Source of the DNA: a virus
Lineage: Duplodnaviria > Caudoviricetes
Reading direction: 5' to 3' (one strand)
DNA: 27,211 nucleotides
IMG/VR virus record: IMGVR_UViG_3300030746_000040
Span: 1-27,211 of that record
Part shown: in pieces, positions 7,906 to 16,731 of the stretch
Layout of the letters: each line of letters opens with the position of its first letter
Numbering within the stretch: the stretch's first letter is position 1
Notes under the pieces: generated by a model
What the model saw: only the letters and a program-made list of their open reading frames with translations
Databases searched by the model: none
What the model was told of the DNA's origin: nothing
Made by a program: the position numbers and the translations under genes

Positions 7906-10008
7906 TTAGAGTTGGCAAGCGTATTCTAACGTGATGGAGGTCACGCCGGATACGGTTTGCGTATTGACGATGGTGAAGTGGGCAGTCGTGGTTGAGTTGC
8001 TGAAGAGTCCGTAGTATGCGACCCCACCAGATTGCTGAAGGGTGCAAAAGGGAGCGGCCGCTAGACTGGAGGCGAAGTTCAACGTGCCCAGTACCTCCGA
8101 GGTAGTGGCAGATGCGTTGGTGATGGTAATGAAGCCACGCGATTGTGTTGAGCCAGCAGTGACGGAGCAAGAGGTGACACCGGTGCCAGCTGCGCAGGTA
8201 GGCAGGGAACCATTTGAAGTTAGGATCGGTCCCTTGAATGTTCCTGTGCCTTCGAAGTCGCCGGAATTGACCTGGGTGACGTTGGCGGTTGTGATGGACG
8301 CGATGGCTAATGTGGTTGTTCCGCCGTTGCGCCCTAAGTCGGGATTGTTACCAATGACGACGAAGTGGCCGGATGTGCCCGTCTTGAGAACTGCGTCTCC
8401 GATGATGATGGAGCCGCCGCCGCTTATGGGCGTCTGATAGACTGAGGCGCAGGATGAGCACGTCGAGGCTGCGGTCAGGTTGATGTAAGTGTTCTGTTGG
8501 CCGTTGTCGGTTACGTCTACTCCCGCTGTGCCCGCGCCGTTACCTTCGAGATCGGAGTTGATGAAGGTGTTCAGCTTGTTGGATGTGCCAGGATTGACGC
8601 CGTTGCCGGTGGTATTGATGAAAATGCCGTTGCCGGTGAGGTTGTCTTCCGATGTGCCGCCCATAAAGGTCAGGTTGGTAGCGGAAGTCAGATACCATCC
8701 GGTGTTGGAAAGACCCTCGTCGATGGCGTCGATTACTGAGGAATCGGTTGAGTCGATGGTGCCACCGATTGTGTTGCCGCCGAAGATTTTGCCAAAGGCA
8801 GGAACGGTGTGCGAACCAGATTGGATGCCCTGGTAGAAGGCATCGTTCACTGAGCAATGGAGCGACTGGTAGGTGTTCGTGACAGCGCCGTGGACATCGA
8901 GGCAGGCGTTGACCGCGCCCCACATCTTGATTCGGCTGAAGTCGGAGCGGTTGACGAAATCGAGACGGAGGGCGTCAGTTGCGTTGGCCGCGCCGCCATA
9001 GATGTAGAGGTCGCGGATGTCGATGGAATTGATGCCGTTGGAGCCGTAGGAGCCGCTGCCGGTTGTGCCGTTGACATAGAGAACGGCGGCGACGGTTGAG
9101 CCCCCGGTGTACTCAATCTGGGTCATGTTGCCACCCATACCCCAAAGTCCGACGCCGCTATTGGTGATAAGCTGCTGAACGGTCGATTGGATGTGGACGA
9201 CGCCGAGTTGCAGCGTGACGGCCGCGGTGGTCGATCCCGCTAGGCCGAGTGCGAACATGTTGGTGGCGCACGTCTGCGTGCCTGAGAAGTTCTGCCCATT
9301 GACTAAGGGGCGACTGTTTGCGATGGCGTAGATGAGCGCGGCATTGATCTTGGCGCACATGTCGGAACCGGCGAACTGATCGGCTTGGACTACTCCGTTG
9401 ATGGTGTAGGATGAGATTCCCCAGGGCGAGGGGATGATTAGGTTGCCTTGGAGTGTGCCACCTGTGATGGGAAGAGCCGCAGTAGTTGACGGGGAGTTGG
9501 CCGCGCACTGAGGTACATATTGGGCGTTGAAGCCTGTGAAGATGGGAGTTGCGGCTGGGCAGTAGGCTCCAGCGGAGTTGCCGATGACGGGCGGCACGAA
9601 ATTGACCGGAACCTGGGTACTGAGGTTGATGGTGGAGTTATCGACGAGTCGGTAGGTGACGGTGGGCGCGATTGGGAATCCATTGTCCATCCATGTGAAG
9701 GCGTAGGTCGTGTAGGATTGGGTGCCGCAGATGATCTTATCGTTGCCGGGTAGCACGCCGGTCACAACTTGAGAGGCGTTGGCCGTGAAGGGTGCGGCGT
9801 AGGTCTGGTTCGGCGTGTTGGAGATGGGCAGGTTGTTGTAGTAGGGAACCGCGCCATTGCCGCAGCCGACTATTTGGGCGCGCAGCGTGAGTACGTCGCC
9901 GGAGTTCAGGGTGAAGGAGCCAGTGGCCGTGAAGTTGACGAGGCCGATCTGCGCCATCCCCGGTAGCGAGGAGAGCAGTACTGCGAGGATGGCGAAGATG
10001 CGTTTCAT
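7906..10008 (-). CDS. Tail spike/fibre-like beta-helix protein with N-terminal signal peptide (start reassigned to 10008)
   Basis: AAGGA RBS, then MKRIFAILAVLLSSLPGMA|Q; LPITGGTLQGNL fibre motif, ADQFAGSDMCAKINAAL beta-helix cap, G/S/T/N-rich repeats, C-terminal LPTC...GST.SRG.ITI domain. Confidence 0.75.
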   Translation of the reverse strand: MKRIFAILAVLLSSLPGMAQIGLVNFTATGSFTLNSGDVLTLRAQIVGCGNGAVPYYNNLPISNTPNQTYAAPFTANASQVVTGVLPGNDKIICGTQSYTTYAFTWMDNGFPIAPTVTYRLVDNSTINLSTQVPVNFVPPVIGNSAGAYCPAATPIFTGFNAQYVPQCAANSPSTTAALPITGGTLQGNLIIPSPWGISSYTINGVVQADQFAGSDMCAKINAALIYAIANSRPLVNGQNFSGTQTCATNMFALGLAGSTTAAVTLQLGVVHIQSTVQQLITNSGVGLWGMGGNMTQIEYTGGSTVAAVLYVNGTTGSGSYGSNGINSIDIRDLYIYGGAANATDALRLDFVNRSDFSRIKMWGAVNACLDVHGAVTNTYQSLHCSVNDAFYQGIQSGSHTVPAFGKIFGGNTIGGTIDSTDSSVIDAIDEGLSNTGWYLTSATNLTFMGGTSEDNLTGNGIFINTTGNGVNPGTSNKLNTFINSDLEGNGAGTAGVDVTDNGQQNTYINLTAASTCSSCASVYQTPISGGGSIIIGDAVLKTGTSGHFVVIGNNPDLGRNGGTTTLAIASITTANVTQVNSGDFEGTGTFKGPILTSNGSLPTCAAGTGVTSCSVTAGSTQSRGFITITNASATTSEVLGTLNFASSLAAAPFCTLQQSGGVAYYGLFSNSTTTAHFTIVNTQTVSGVTSITLEYACQL

Positions 10009-10016
10009 GAGTTTCC

Positions 10017-11582
10017 TTAGTTGGTTTGAACGTCGTTGGTGCCGGAATCTGTCACCGGAGTCGTGTGGGTGAAGTTCGCGGCGTCGATTGCATAGACGTT
10101 TGAAGTGGTGACGTAGGAGCAGCCAGAATCCAGGGTGACGCCATAATTCATGTAGCCGGATATGGAATTGGCGCTGATCGTGGATCTGACTAACGAAACC
10201 CCTTGTATGCCAACGGAGTTGTTGCCGCTGGGCGCTTCGATGATGTTGCCGGTTATGGTGGCGTTGCGAACCGTGTTGAGCGCGATAGCTGCTGTGACTT
10301 GATTCAAGAAGTGATTGCCGACAATGGCAATGTGCGACGAAGTAGAATTGGCAAGCACACCATATGCCTGAGAGCCATTCTGACCAAACTCCATATTGGA
10401 GATTGTGACGCCGGAACTGCCGGTGACGTTGACGCCAGCTGAGTTGGATGCTGAACCCGCTGCGCTTGTGCCAGACCAGCCGCCATTGATTTCGACGGAT
10501 GAGCCGCAAGCCTGCGTCATGCCTGAGAGGACGATGCCCGCTTGAAAGAAGGAATCATTGATCGTGTCGAGGAGATGGATGTCGGAGCACGAGTATGATC
10601 CGCCTCCGCCGAGATACTGGAAATACTCCCCGTAGGTGACAAATGCGGTTTCGAAGTTGTCGATCATGAAGTCGTTCAGCTGGGAGCCGGTGACTAGCAG
10701 GCCAACAGATTGGACGCCGCTGTAGCCAGGGTAGAGCGTCTGGATAAAGCTGTGTCGGAGGCGAAATGATTCGGCTGAGTAGGTGCCGTTGACTAGGATG
10801 CCGTAGACCGGGACCGTGGGATTGAAGCCGTTCGAGCCCCACATGCCACCAGAGTTTTCCATGCGACCGGTTCCATATGCGCCTGCGTTGTTGAAGTAGA
10901 AGTCGCAAGCTGAGTCGAAGGACCAAACGTCGTCGACGACCCAACCACCCGCATATTCGATTGAGAGGCCAGCTGCTCCGACGCCAATGCCTGTGCCGCC
11001 CTTGCAGGAGCCAGTTGATACGCCGGTGTCAGCGAGGGTGCGGATGATGGAGAAGGATCGGAATTGATTGAAGGAGACTGGGTTGGATAGACCGCCACCA
11101 GCTGAGGCCGGATTGAGTTCAACAGCGGTTGCAGTTGCGGAGTCGATCACGAGAGCGGAGATTGGTAAGGTCTGAAGGAGTTGGTTGGACGTGGTTCGCG
11201 TCCATGCGCCCGGCGATGATCCAATGATGTTGATGCTGGACTTGTTAATGATGATGGGCGCGGTAATGCGATATTTCTTATTGGCTAGGTTGCAGTTGCC
11301 CTGCGGAATCGTGAGGGCTTCGAGTGCATTGATGCAGGCTTGAATGGCGGTCGTGTTGTCGGTGCCGACTCCTGCTGCGCCCGTTGCATCGCCTACTGCG
11401 CCATAAGATTCGACGGTGTAATTGACCGCGGAGGTGCCACCACTTGAACAGGCCGTGAGTGCCCATCCGCCTGTGCCATTGGTCTGCATACATTGACCGG
11501 CTGCAACTGGTGTCGTGGTCTGCGCCTGAACGTAAGAACCTATGAGGGGCAGGAGCGCGAGTAGAAATAGAAGTTTGCGCAT
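10017..11582 (-). CDS. Pectate-lyase-3-like right-handed beta-helix protein with signal peptide
   Basis: MRKLLFLLALLPLIGSYVQA|Q; VESYGAVGD...TDNTTAIQACIN cap motif; repeated ISN/IVGNHF/ITGNII/ISANSI beta-helix rungs; GAGGA RBS. Confidence 0.85.
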   Translation of the reverse strand: MRKLLFLLALLPLIGSYVQAQTTTPVAAGQCMQTNGTGGWALTACSSGGTSAVNYTVESYGAVGDATGAAGVGTDNTTAIQACINALEALTIPQGNCNLANKKYRITAPIIINKSSINIIGSSPGAWTRTTSNQLLQTLPISALVIDSATATAVELNPASAGGGLSNPVSFNQFRSFSIIRTLADTGVSTGSCKGGTGIGVGAAGLSIEYAGGWVVDDVWSFDSACDFYFNNAGAYGTGRMENSGGMWGSNGFNPTVPVYGILVNGTYSAESFRLRHSFIQTLYPGYSGVQSVGLLVTGSQLNDFMIDNFETAFVTYGEYFQYLGGGGSYSCSDIHLLDTINDSFFQAGIVLSGMTQACGSSVEINGGWSGTSAAGSASNSAGVNVTGSSGVTISNMEFGQNGSQAYGVLANSTSSHIAIVGNHFLNQVTAAIALNTVRNATITGNIIEAPSGNNSVGIQGVSLVRSTISANSISGYMNYGVTLDSGCSYVTTSNVYAIDAANFTHTTPVTDSGTNDVQTN

Positions 11583-11896
11583 TAGTCCTCTTGGTATAGG
11601 ACGACTGGCTGAGTCGCCGGTGTGATGGTGTTGGATGTGCCGTTGTAAATTGTGTAGGTTGCGGTCCAGCCAGTGAGAGCAGCGCCGGTGATTGCGATGG
11701 TGGAGACTATGAGGCCTGCTGGGAGGCCGGTCGTGAAGAAGACCGCGGTCTTGCGATAGGGTCGGAAGTTGCGTGTCACGGGTGTGGAGAAGGCGACGGT
11801 CTGGTCAGGATTGATCGCTGAGAAGGTGGTGCTGGCCGAGGGATTGAAGATTGCAACGGCGGAACGCTGAAAAGGGAATCGCGTTAGCCCCGGCAT
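11582..11896 (-). CDS. Hypothetical beta-rich protein
   Basis: TAATG-coupled on both sides; Thr-rich. Confidence 0.75.
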   Translation of the reverse strand: MPGLTRFPFQRSAVAIFNPSASTTFSAINPDQTVAFSTPVTRNFRPYRKTAVFFTTGLPAGLIVSTIAITGAALTGWTATYTIYNGTSNTITPATQPVVLYQED

Positions 11897-13128
11897 TATT
11901 TTCCGCCTATGACAGAGAGCAGTTGCGTAGAGATGGCTTGAGCAAAATCAGAATAGCCGGGGCCATTAGGATGCAAAGTATGGCCATAAAACAAAAATGG
12001 CGCAATGTTTGCTCTCTCGTATGAGCCCCACCTGTCAAAGAGGTCGATAATCGGAATCTGATTGGTTATCGCGAGCTGGTACATGGCCGTTATATATTGC
12101 TGTTGTGTGGCAAGAGCTACCACGCTTATAGAGCTCGGTGGGCCAGGAGTCAATATCACATCGCTAGTCGCTTTCCAAGCTGTGATCATGGCCTGCAGAT
12201 TGGTGGTGAACACAGCCACAGAGGTGCTGTTGGCTCCTTGCCAGTTGTTGATGCCCAGATCGATGAGAACAACGTCAGGGGCTTGGGTAGGAACGGCGTT
12301 AAGCGGAGACCATGGCGCAACCGCAGATGCGTAACTAATGCCAGCAACGGTTCCGGCTCCCGCGCCGCCAATACCACAGTTGGTAACTTGAATAGAGCCT
12401 ACGGTTGTATTAGAGGCTTCGATGCCGACAACATAGATTGCTGCACCAGAGGACCAATTTAAATTGAGCGTATGTGAGCCGACAGCACCCGCTGCGATAG
12501 TTACAGAAGTTAATCCGGCAGCACCGCCCGAAGAGAAAGTGGTTGTGCCGCCTGCATCAACGGCATAGGTTCCAATGCCACCGTTGTTGGTGACGTACCA
12601 CAATTTGAATTGATTGACCTGACCGGTAGGAGTGAATGCCAAAGACGCAGTGGCCGCGGATGCGGAGTACAGAAGGCCACCCGTTGAAGGCGAGTTTAAG
12701 GCAGTCCAACCAGAGCCGATTACCAGGCGAGCATCATTACCAAATTCCGGCGCTAGGCCATTCGCCGCACCCATGACAGAATCGCGATTGGCAGGCATCA
12801 GCGTAGAGTTCAGCTGCTTGGCGAGAAGTGTAGGCCAGGATAAGACAGTGATGTCTCCTGTATCCGACGTATTAGTGGAATAATCACCATAGGTCGTAGA
12901 GTCGCCCACGGCGTACACTCGGCAATTACCGGCGTTGATCTTGACCTTTGCGGTGCAGGCGACCCAATGCGGCATGAGATAAGGGCTGATGTTGCCAGCG
13001 AAGTTGGGCGAGGTGAGGTTACGGACTGATCCGCCCCCAATACCCGATTGGGCCATTAGCAGAGTAGGAAGCAGAAATAAGAAAGCCATCAGTTTACGTA
13101 TGACGAGCCGACCGGACGAAATTCCCAT
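11896..13128 (-). CDS. SGNH/GDSL hydrolase (esterase) with signal peptide
   Basis: Block I VGDSTTYG, block II NCGIGG, block III DLGINN, block V HTLHPNGPGY; N-terminal RKLMAFLFLLPTLLMA|Q; GAGGA RBS. Confidence 0.88.
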   Translation of the reverse strand: MGISSGRLVIRKLMAFLFLLPTLLMAQSGIGGGSVRNLTSPNFAGNISPYLMPHWVACTAKVKINAGNCRVYAVGDSTTYGDYSTNTSDTGDITVLSWPTLLAKQLNSTLMPANRDSVMGAANGLAPEFGNDARLVIGSGWTALNSPSTGGLLYSASAATASLAFTPTGQVNQFKLWYVTNNGGIGTYAVDAGGTTTFSSGGAAGLTSVTIAAGAVGSHTLNLNWSSGAAIYVVGIEASNTTVGSIQVTNCGIGGAGAGTVAGISYASAVAPWSPLNAVPTQAPDVVLIDLGINNWQGANSTSVAVFTTNLQAMITAWKATSDVILTPGPPSSISVVALATQQQYITAMYQLAITNQIPIIDLFDRWGSYERANIAPFLFYGHTLHPNGPGYSDFAQAISTQLLSVIGGK

Positions 13129-13138
13129 AATAATCCTC

Positions 13139-13459
13139 TTAAGAGAACGAAATGTGTGCGACTTGAGCGGATGCGGAGCCGATGATGCCGATGCGGCCGG
13201 GGTCGGATGCGGAGCCTGCCACGGTGAACCAGTCGCCGGGATTGAGTGCGCGCGCGTACTGAGTCGCGGTGACTGCGGGAAGCCAGGAGCCGACGTAGAT
13301 AATGCCGGTGTTGGATGGGTCCGCCTGAATGGAGATGCTGGCCTTCGGATGGATGATGCGGGGCACCTTCTGCCAATCGGTGATCAGGGCAGCCGGGATG
13401 ATTTGAACGGCTGTGGTTCCTACGGTAACTGGCGCGTATGTGCCTAGGTTATTGCTCAT
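13139..13459 (-). CDS. Hypothetical small beta-sandwich-like phage protein, first gene of the late operon
   Basis: VTVGTTAVQI...IQADPSNTGIIYVG...LNPGD pattern common in small virion-associated proteins; AAAGG RBS before MSNN. Confidence 0.75.
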   Translation of the reverse strand: MSNNLGTYAPVTVGTTAVQIIPAALITDWQKVPRIIHPKASISIQADPSNTGIIYVGSWLPAVTATQYARALNPGDWFTVAGSASDPGRIGIIGSASAQVAHISFS

Positions 13460-13487
13460 GATGGAGCCTTTCAAATTTCGAAATTAT

Positions 13488-13649
13488 GAACCACTCGGCT
13501 ATTCAGGAACCCAGGAGCTTGGGTCCGTGCCTTCGGACGAGGTTGCATCAGAGCGCCGTTTTGAATCGGTTCTGAATCTCTGTGCCGGTCGAGTGTGGTT
13601 GGAGGTGGCGGCGTGAGGAATCAACCCTTGCTGTTATTTCCACTGCTCC
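13488..13649 (-). ncRNA. Structured 5' leader of the late operon
   Basis: GGAG..GUGG/CCAC.CUCC, AACCAC..UCG/CGAGUGGUU, AUUCAG-AACC/GGUU-C-CUGAAU and GUCCG/CGGAC pairings on the minus strand; no ORF. Confidence 0.45.
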
Positions 13650-13680
13650 AATACCAATCTAACATGAACCTGGGTCAAAA
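13650..13680 (-). promoter_or_regulatory. Extended -10 promoter (TGnTAGATT) for the late operon
   Basis: TGT-TAGATT with -10 at 13661-13656, followed by GGTATTGGAG; closely matches the promoters at 19143 and 19968. Confidence 0.55.
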
Positions 13681-14486
13681 CCGTAGCAAAGGGGCCCCAC
13701 TATTTTGCGGCGCGGCAAATTAAGAAAAAATGGGGTACTTTTTCTTTCAGTCAGGTCAACCGTAATACCCAAGGTACGAAATTTTCGCGCCTTCGCTCCG
13801 CGGGCGCTCCTTTCGGGGAGCAAAAAGCCTCATCGGTTGGGGGTTTTGGTCGAAATTCGTGTTTGTGCGTCGTAAACGGGGTCATTTTGGTCTGGGCCGT
13901 CGAAAACGGCGTTCACGAAACATGAACAGCGGTCGCGCGTGAACCTTTTTGGGGCACACTCAGTAGGGCGAGCGAAGCTCGCCTTGCGTTTAACTGCCGT
14001 TGAATCAAGCAGTTAGGAGGGTGGCCCCCGGGTTTGGCGTAGGGTTGCCGGTTGCGCGCCCGGCTTTTGGCCATGTGTGGCGATGTCGTTGAATCCAGGC
14101 TTGCGAGTGCCTTCGTTTGGCTTCGAAGTTCTGCGGATTTTTCCAAAATTTTTGAGCTAAGCCCTTTCGATTGATGTCGCTATGCGCCCGCGCGCCTACG
14201 TCCATACCCCCGAGGCCCTCCCGCCCCAAACTTTCGACCGGGGTGGTCGCGTTCAACCGAGCTAAACCCAATGATGTCAACGTTCGCGACATACTTTCTA
14301 ACGTTTGCTTAGTAAGCTCGCTTGAGCGTAACACGAATTGCGAGGATCGTAACACGCAGGTCGGTGAGCTTGATTGTGGTGTGCGCCTGGTCCACCCCAA
14401 CCTGTAGTGTTTACCATGTTGCCAACATGCGGCCGCAACAAAAGGCCAACCATATCGGCCAGCCTTGTGTCAATACACCTCGCGAG

Positions 14487-14684
14487 CTATCCGCGATACG
14501 CAACTAGGCGGCAATTCTCTTGCTGCCGAATGTACACACTCAATTCCGTCCCAACGCAAGCGTGCGCCCGACCCAAAATACGTTCCGCATCCTTGTGAGC
14601 GTCAAACATGTCCAATGGGCGGTCCATATCGTTCAAATGGTAAAGCGCATTCTTAATCACTTTGTAAGCCTCAGTAGTCCGCAT
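14487..14684 (-). CDS. Hypothetical protein
   Basis: GGAGG RBS, directly downstream of a sigma70-type promoter. Confidence 0.7.
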   Translation of the reverse strand: MRTTEAYKVIKNALYHLNDMDRPLDMFDAHKDAERILGRAHACVGTELSVYIRQQENCRLVAYRG

Positions 14685-14707
14685 TGTGTGTTGCCTCCAG
14701 TTCCAAT

Positions 14708-14736
14708 AGAATAGCCGCCCGCATCCCCAATGTCAA
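14708..14736 (-). promoter_or_regulatory. Sigma70-type promoter
   Basis: TTGACA (14736-14731), 17-bp spacer, TATTCT (14713-14708). Confidence 0.7.
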
Positions 14737-14758
14737 ATACAACTTTCGTGCTACTCGA

Positions 14759-14908
14759 TCACGAACCTTGATCGGCCGGAAACAACTTTTCGTAAAGCGC
14801 TTTGACTGCTTCTTTCCACTCTTCAAGCTGTTGAGGGTGGGTTTCTCCTTCCCCATATTCAAACGAATGTGCCCCACAAAGCGGGCAATAATCACCTTCA
14901 TCTGTCAT
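14759..14908 (-). CDS. 49-aa CxxC protein (not in ORF track)
   Basis: ATGA overlap with the upstream gene, GGGGGAG RBS; MTDEGDYCPLCGAHSFEYGEGETHPQQLEEWKEAVKALYEKLFPADQGS. Confidence 0.7.
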   Translation of the reverse strand: MTDEGDYCPLCGAHSFEYGEGETHPQQLEEWKEAVKALYEKLFPADQGS

Positions 14909-15486
14909 TCCGCGCTCCCCCTCACATTAATCCAGCACACGGCCTGTAGATCACGCGCACTAATCGTGCCAATCTCACGCGCTGCTTGCTTATAAGCATC
15001 CTCAATCAACAGATAGGTGTTACCGCGCACACCTGCCTTATCATAATCCGGCAACGCCACCTTTGTTGCCCAAACATCCACCGTGACCATACTTTGATCC
15101 CCCAAGATGTTATAGTAGAACCGATTGACCTTATAACTGCCTTCACTCGAATTCAACTCCTCAATCGGGTCAAACTTATAGCTTCCAAGCGCGATATTCC
15201 AAGCTTTAGTGACGTTTCGCAACGTCCCGCCTACACTTGGCATAACTTCCCCACTACGCGCTGCATCGCACACCCTAACCGCATACTCAATGTTCTTATC
15301 CCACCTCTGCCGTGGACTCAATGCCGCTATAACTCCAGCGCCAGCAACCACACTCGGATGCATAACTCCGGCCATCTCCCGTACAGCAGGATACCAATTC
15401 TTGCCGGCCGCAACCGTCCACTTATCGGCCGACCTATAACACTCGACAATCCGCGCTATCATCACCTTATCCGCAACAGTTACCAT
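14905..15486 (-). CDS. Conserved phage protein (DUF7178-like, distant alpha-helical DNA glycosylase-like motifs)
   Basis: G.NWY, VIAALSP...W..N, KV..FY.NI, VTVDVWA, Y..AA, LQAVCW motifs. Confidence 0.7.
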   Translation of the reverse strand: MVTVADKVMIARIVECYRSADKWTVAAGKNWYPAVREMAGVMHPSVVAGAGVIAALSPRQRWDKNIEYAVRVCDAARSGEVMPSVGGTLRNVTKAWNIALGSYKFDPIEELNSSEGSYKVNRFYYNILGDQSMVTVDVWATKVALPDYDKAGVRGNTYLLIEDAYKQAAREIGTISARDLQAVCWINVRGSAE

Positions 15487-15971
15487 GATATCCGCCGTTC
15501 CTGTAACTTCAACACAGTAAAATCATACTGATCAGTCGGGAATGAGCCGGTTTGCGCGAACCAATTACCCTGCCCATTCACCTCAATATCAACTAATGCC
15601 TCAAACAACGGCGAACTAACCTTACGGAACCGCATCTGAAGTATCTGGTACCGAGCTGCTTTTGCCTCACCCTCCGGATCAAATCCCGCATCCACAGCCA
15701 AATGCGCTGCATCGTGCCATGCGCGAAACATCCAATTGATACGCGGCTCACCAAAGATACTCGTCTGCGAATGCAGCGTATTGACTGAAAACACGCCACC
15801 TCGCATCTGAGAATCCGCCTTCATCTCTTCAAACGAACCATATTGATCTCGCGTAAGTGTATAGCGCAGGTCACCTGCCATCAACTCAACCACGCGATTA
15901 AACTCCGGACTCAAAACTCGCATCTTCACCTTTGCACCTCCATATACTTTAACAACGTCCAAATCTGCCAA
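15480..15971 (-). CDS. Conserved phage protein with N..FRA.HD..H motif
   Basis: INWMFRAWHDAAH...F..EGE..AA...E..GQ; TTG start with GAGGT RBS. Confidence 0.7.
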   Translation of the reverse strand: MADLDVVKVYGGAKVKMRVLSPEFNRVVELMAGDLRYTLTRDQYGSFEEMKADSQMRGGVFSVNTLHSQTSIFGEPRINWMFRAWHDAAHLAVDAGFDPEGEAKAARYQILQMRFRKVSSPLFEALVDIEVNGQGNWFAQTGSFPTDQYDFTVLKLQERRISW

Positions 15972-16045
15972 ACCTCATTGAATGGAGCCGAATACAACGC
16001 GCGCGTTAAACGGTAGACAATCACCAACTGTTCAGCTGTCATACA

Positions 16046-16126
16046 TCACCTCGATCTAGTAGAAGCATAGCCGAAGGCGAGACAAGTTGCAAGGAAAAAA
16101 GCTACAACTATCGTGGCATCAGGCAT
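16046..16126 (-). CDS. 26-aa single-pass membrane peptide
   Basis: MPDATIVVAFFLATCLAFGYASTRSR; GGGGGA RBS; overlaps the upstream stop. Confidence 0.5.
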   Translation of the reverse strand: MPDATIVVAFFLATCLAFGYASTRSR

Positions 16127-16307
16127 TATCTTTTCCCCCTGTAAAAGGGTTCTCCTGTTCGATCCATTCGTAACGCAGTATGAGACTCTTACCGCTGTCA
16201 ACGTGGCGAACACGACAGGTAAAAGCATACATGTGAGTGACCATGTAGCTGCCACCTTGCCATTTAATCACTTCAAACTTGACTGGTCTGCTAACCGGCT
16301 CTTGCAT
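16119..16307 (-). CDS. Hypothetical protein
   Basis: GGAGGT RBS. Confidence 0.7.
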   Translation of the reverse strand: MQEPVSRPVKFEVIKWQGGSYMVTHMYAFTCRVRHVDSGKSLILRYEWIEQENPFTGGKDNA

Positions 16308-16413
16308 TAGACCTCCATGACTCGACTGAAATAAGTATCACGCGGACATGTCAAGTTTTATCGCAGATAAACACGCGCATGAATGCGGCTTTCCACGACC
16401 CGACGTGGTTGGC

Positions 16414-16527
16414 TTAGTCATGGACTTTGCCGGTTTTCAGGTACTCAATCACCTGTTCAGGGGTTGGTATCTCGTCCGGGTCGGGCACTCGTTTCGCGGC
16501 CTCGACTTTCTTAGCTGTGGTTGCCAT
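16414..16527 (-). CDS. 37-aa hypothetical protein (not in ORF track)
   Basis: AAGGAGG RBS; MATTAKKVEAAKRVPDPDEIPTPEQVIEYLKTGKVHD. Confidence 0.65.
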   Translation of the reverse strand: MATTAKKVEAAKRVPDPDEIPTPEQVIEYLKTGKVHD

Positions 16528-16569
16528 TTAACGCCCTCCTTCTTTAAACGAACCATTGTCCACTACGAA

Positions 16570-16731
16570 TTATGCGTCCCATCCTTCTACCGGCCGGCCT
16601 GCGAGCGTGAGAATCATGTGAGCGTTTGCGCTAACCTGCACCCATTCCACTTCAAGCGGGATACCCGATTTAACCACCATGCCGAAACCATCCTCAGTCT
16701 CAAGCCGAATTGTCACCATGTCATCATACAT
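16570..16731 (-). CDS. Hypothetical protein (start reassigned to MYDD)
   Basis: GAGG RBS; overlaps the upstream stop. Confidence 0.6.
   Translation of the reverse strand: MYDDMVTIRLETEDGFGMVVKSGIPLEVEWVQVSANAHMILTLAGRPVEGWDA

Noticed and set aside
10009-10509. Arg/His-rich N-terminal 167 aa of the 867-aa ORF
   Set aside because: Out-of-frame overlap with the 10017-11582 gene; RBS and signal peptide mark 10008 as the start.
14005-14400. 131-aa minus-strand ORF
   Set aside because: No RBS, atypical composition, crosses the skew switch and homopolymer tracts.
14671-14901. 76-aa minus-strand ORF
   Set aside because: The alternative frame 14759-14908 has ATGA coupling and an RBS, and the remainder is a promoter.
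16325-16360. Leftward promoter at TTGACA near 16350
   Set aside because: No credible -10 at 16-18 bp spacing.
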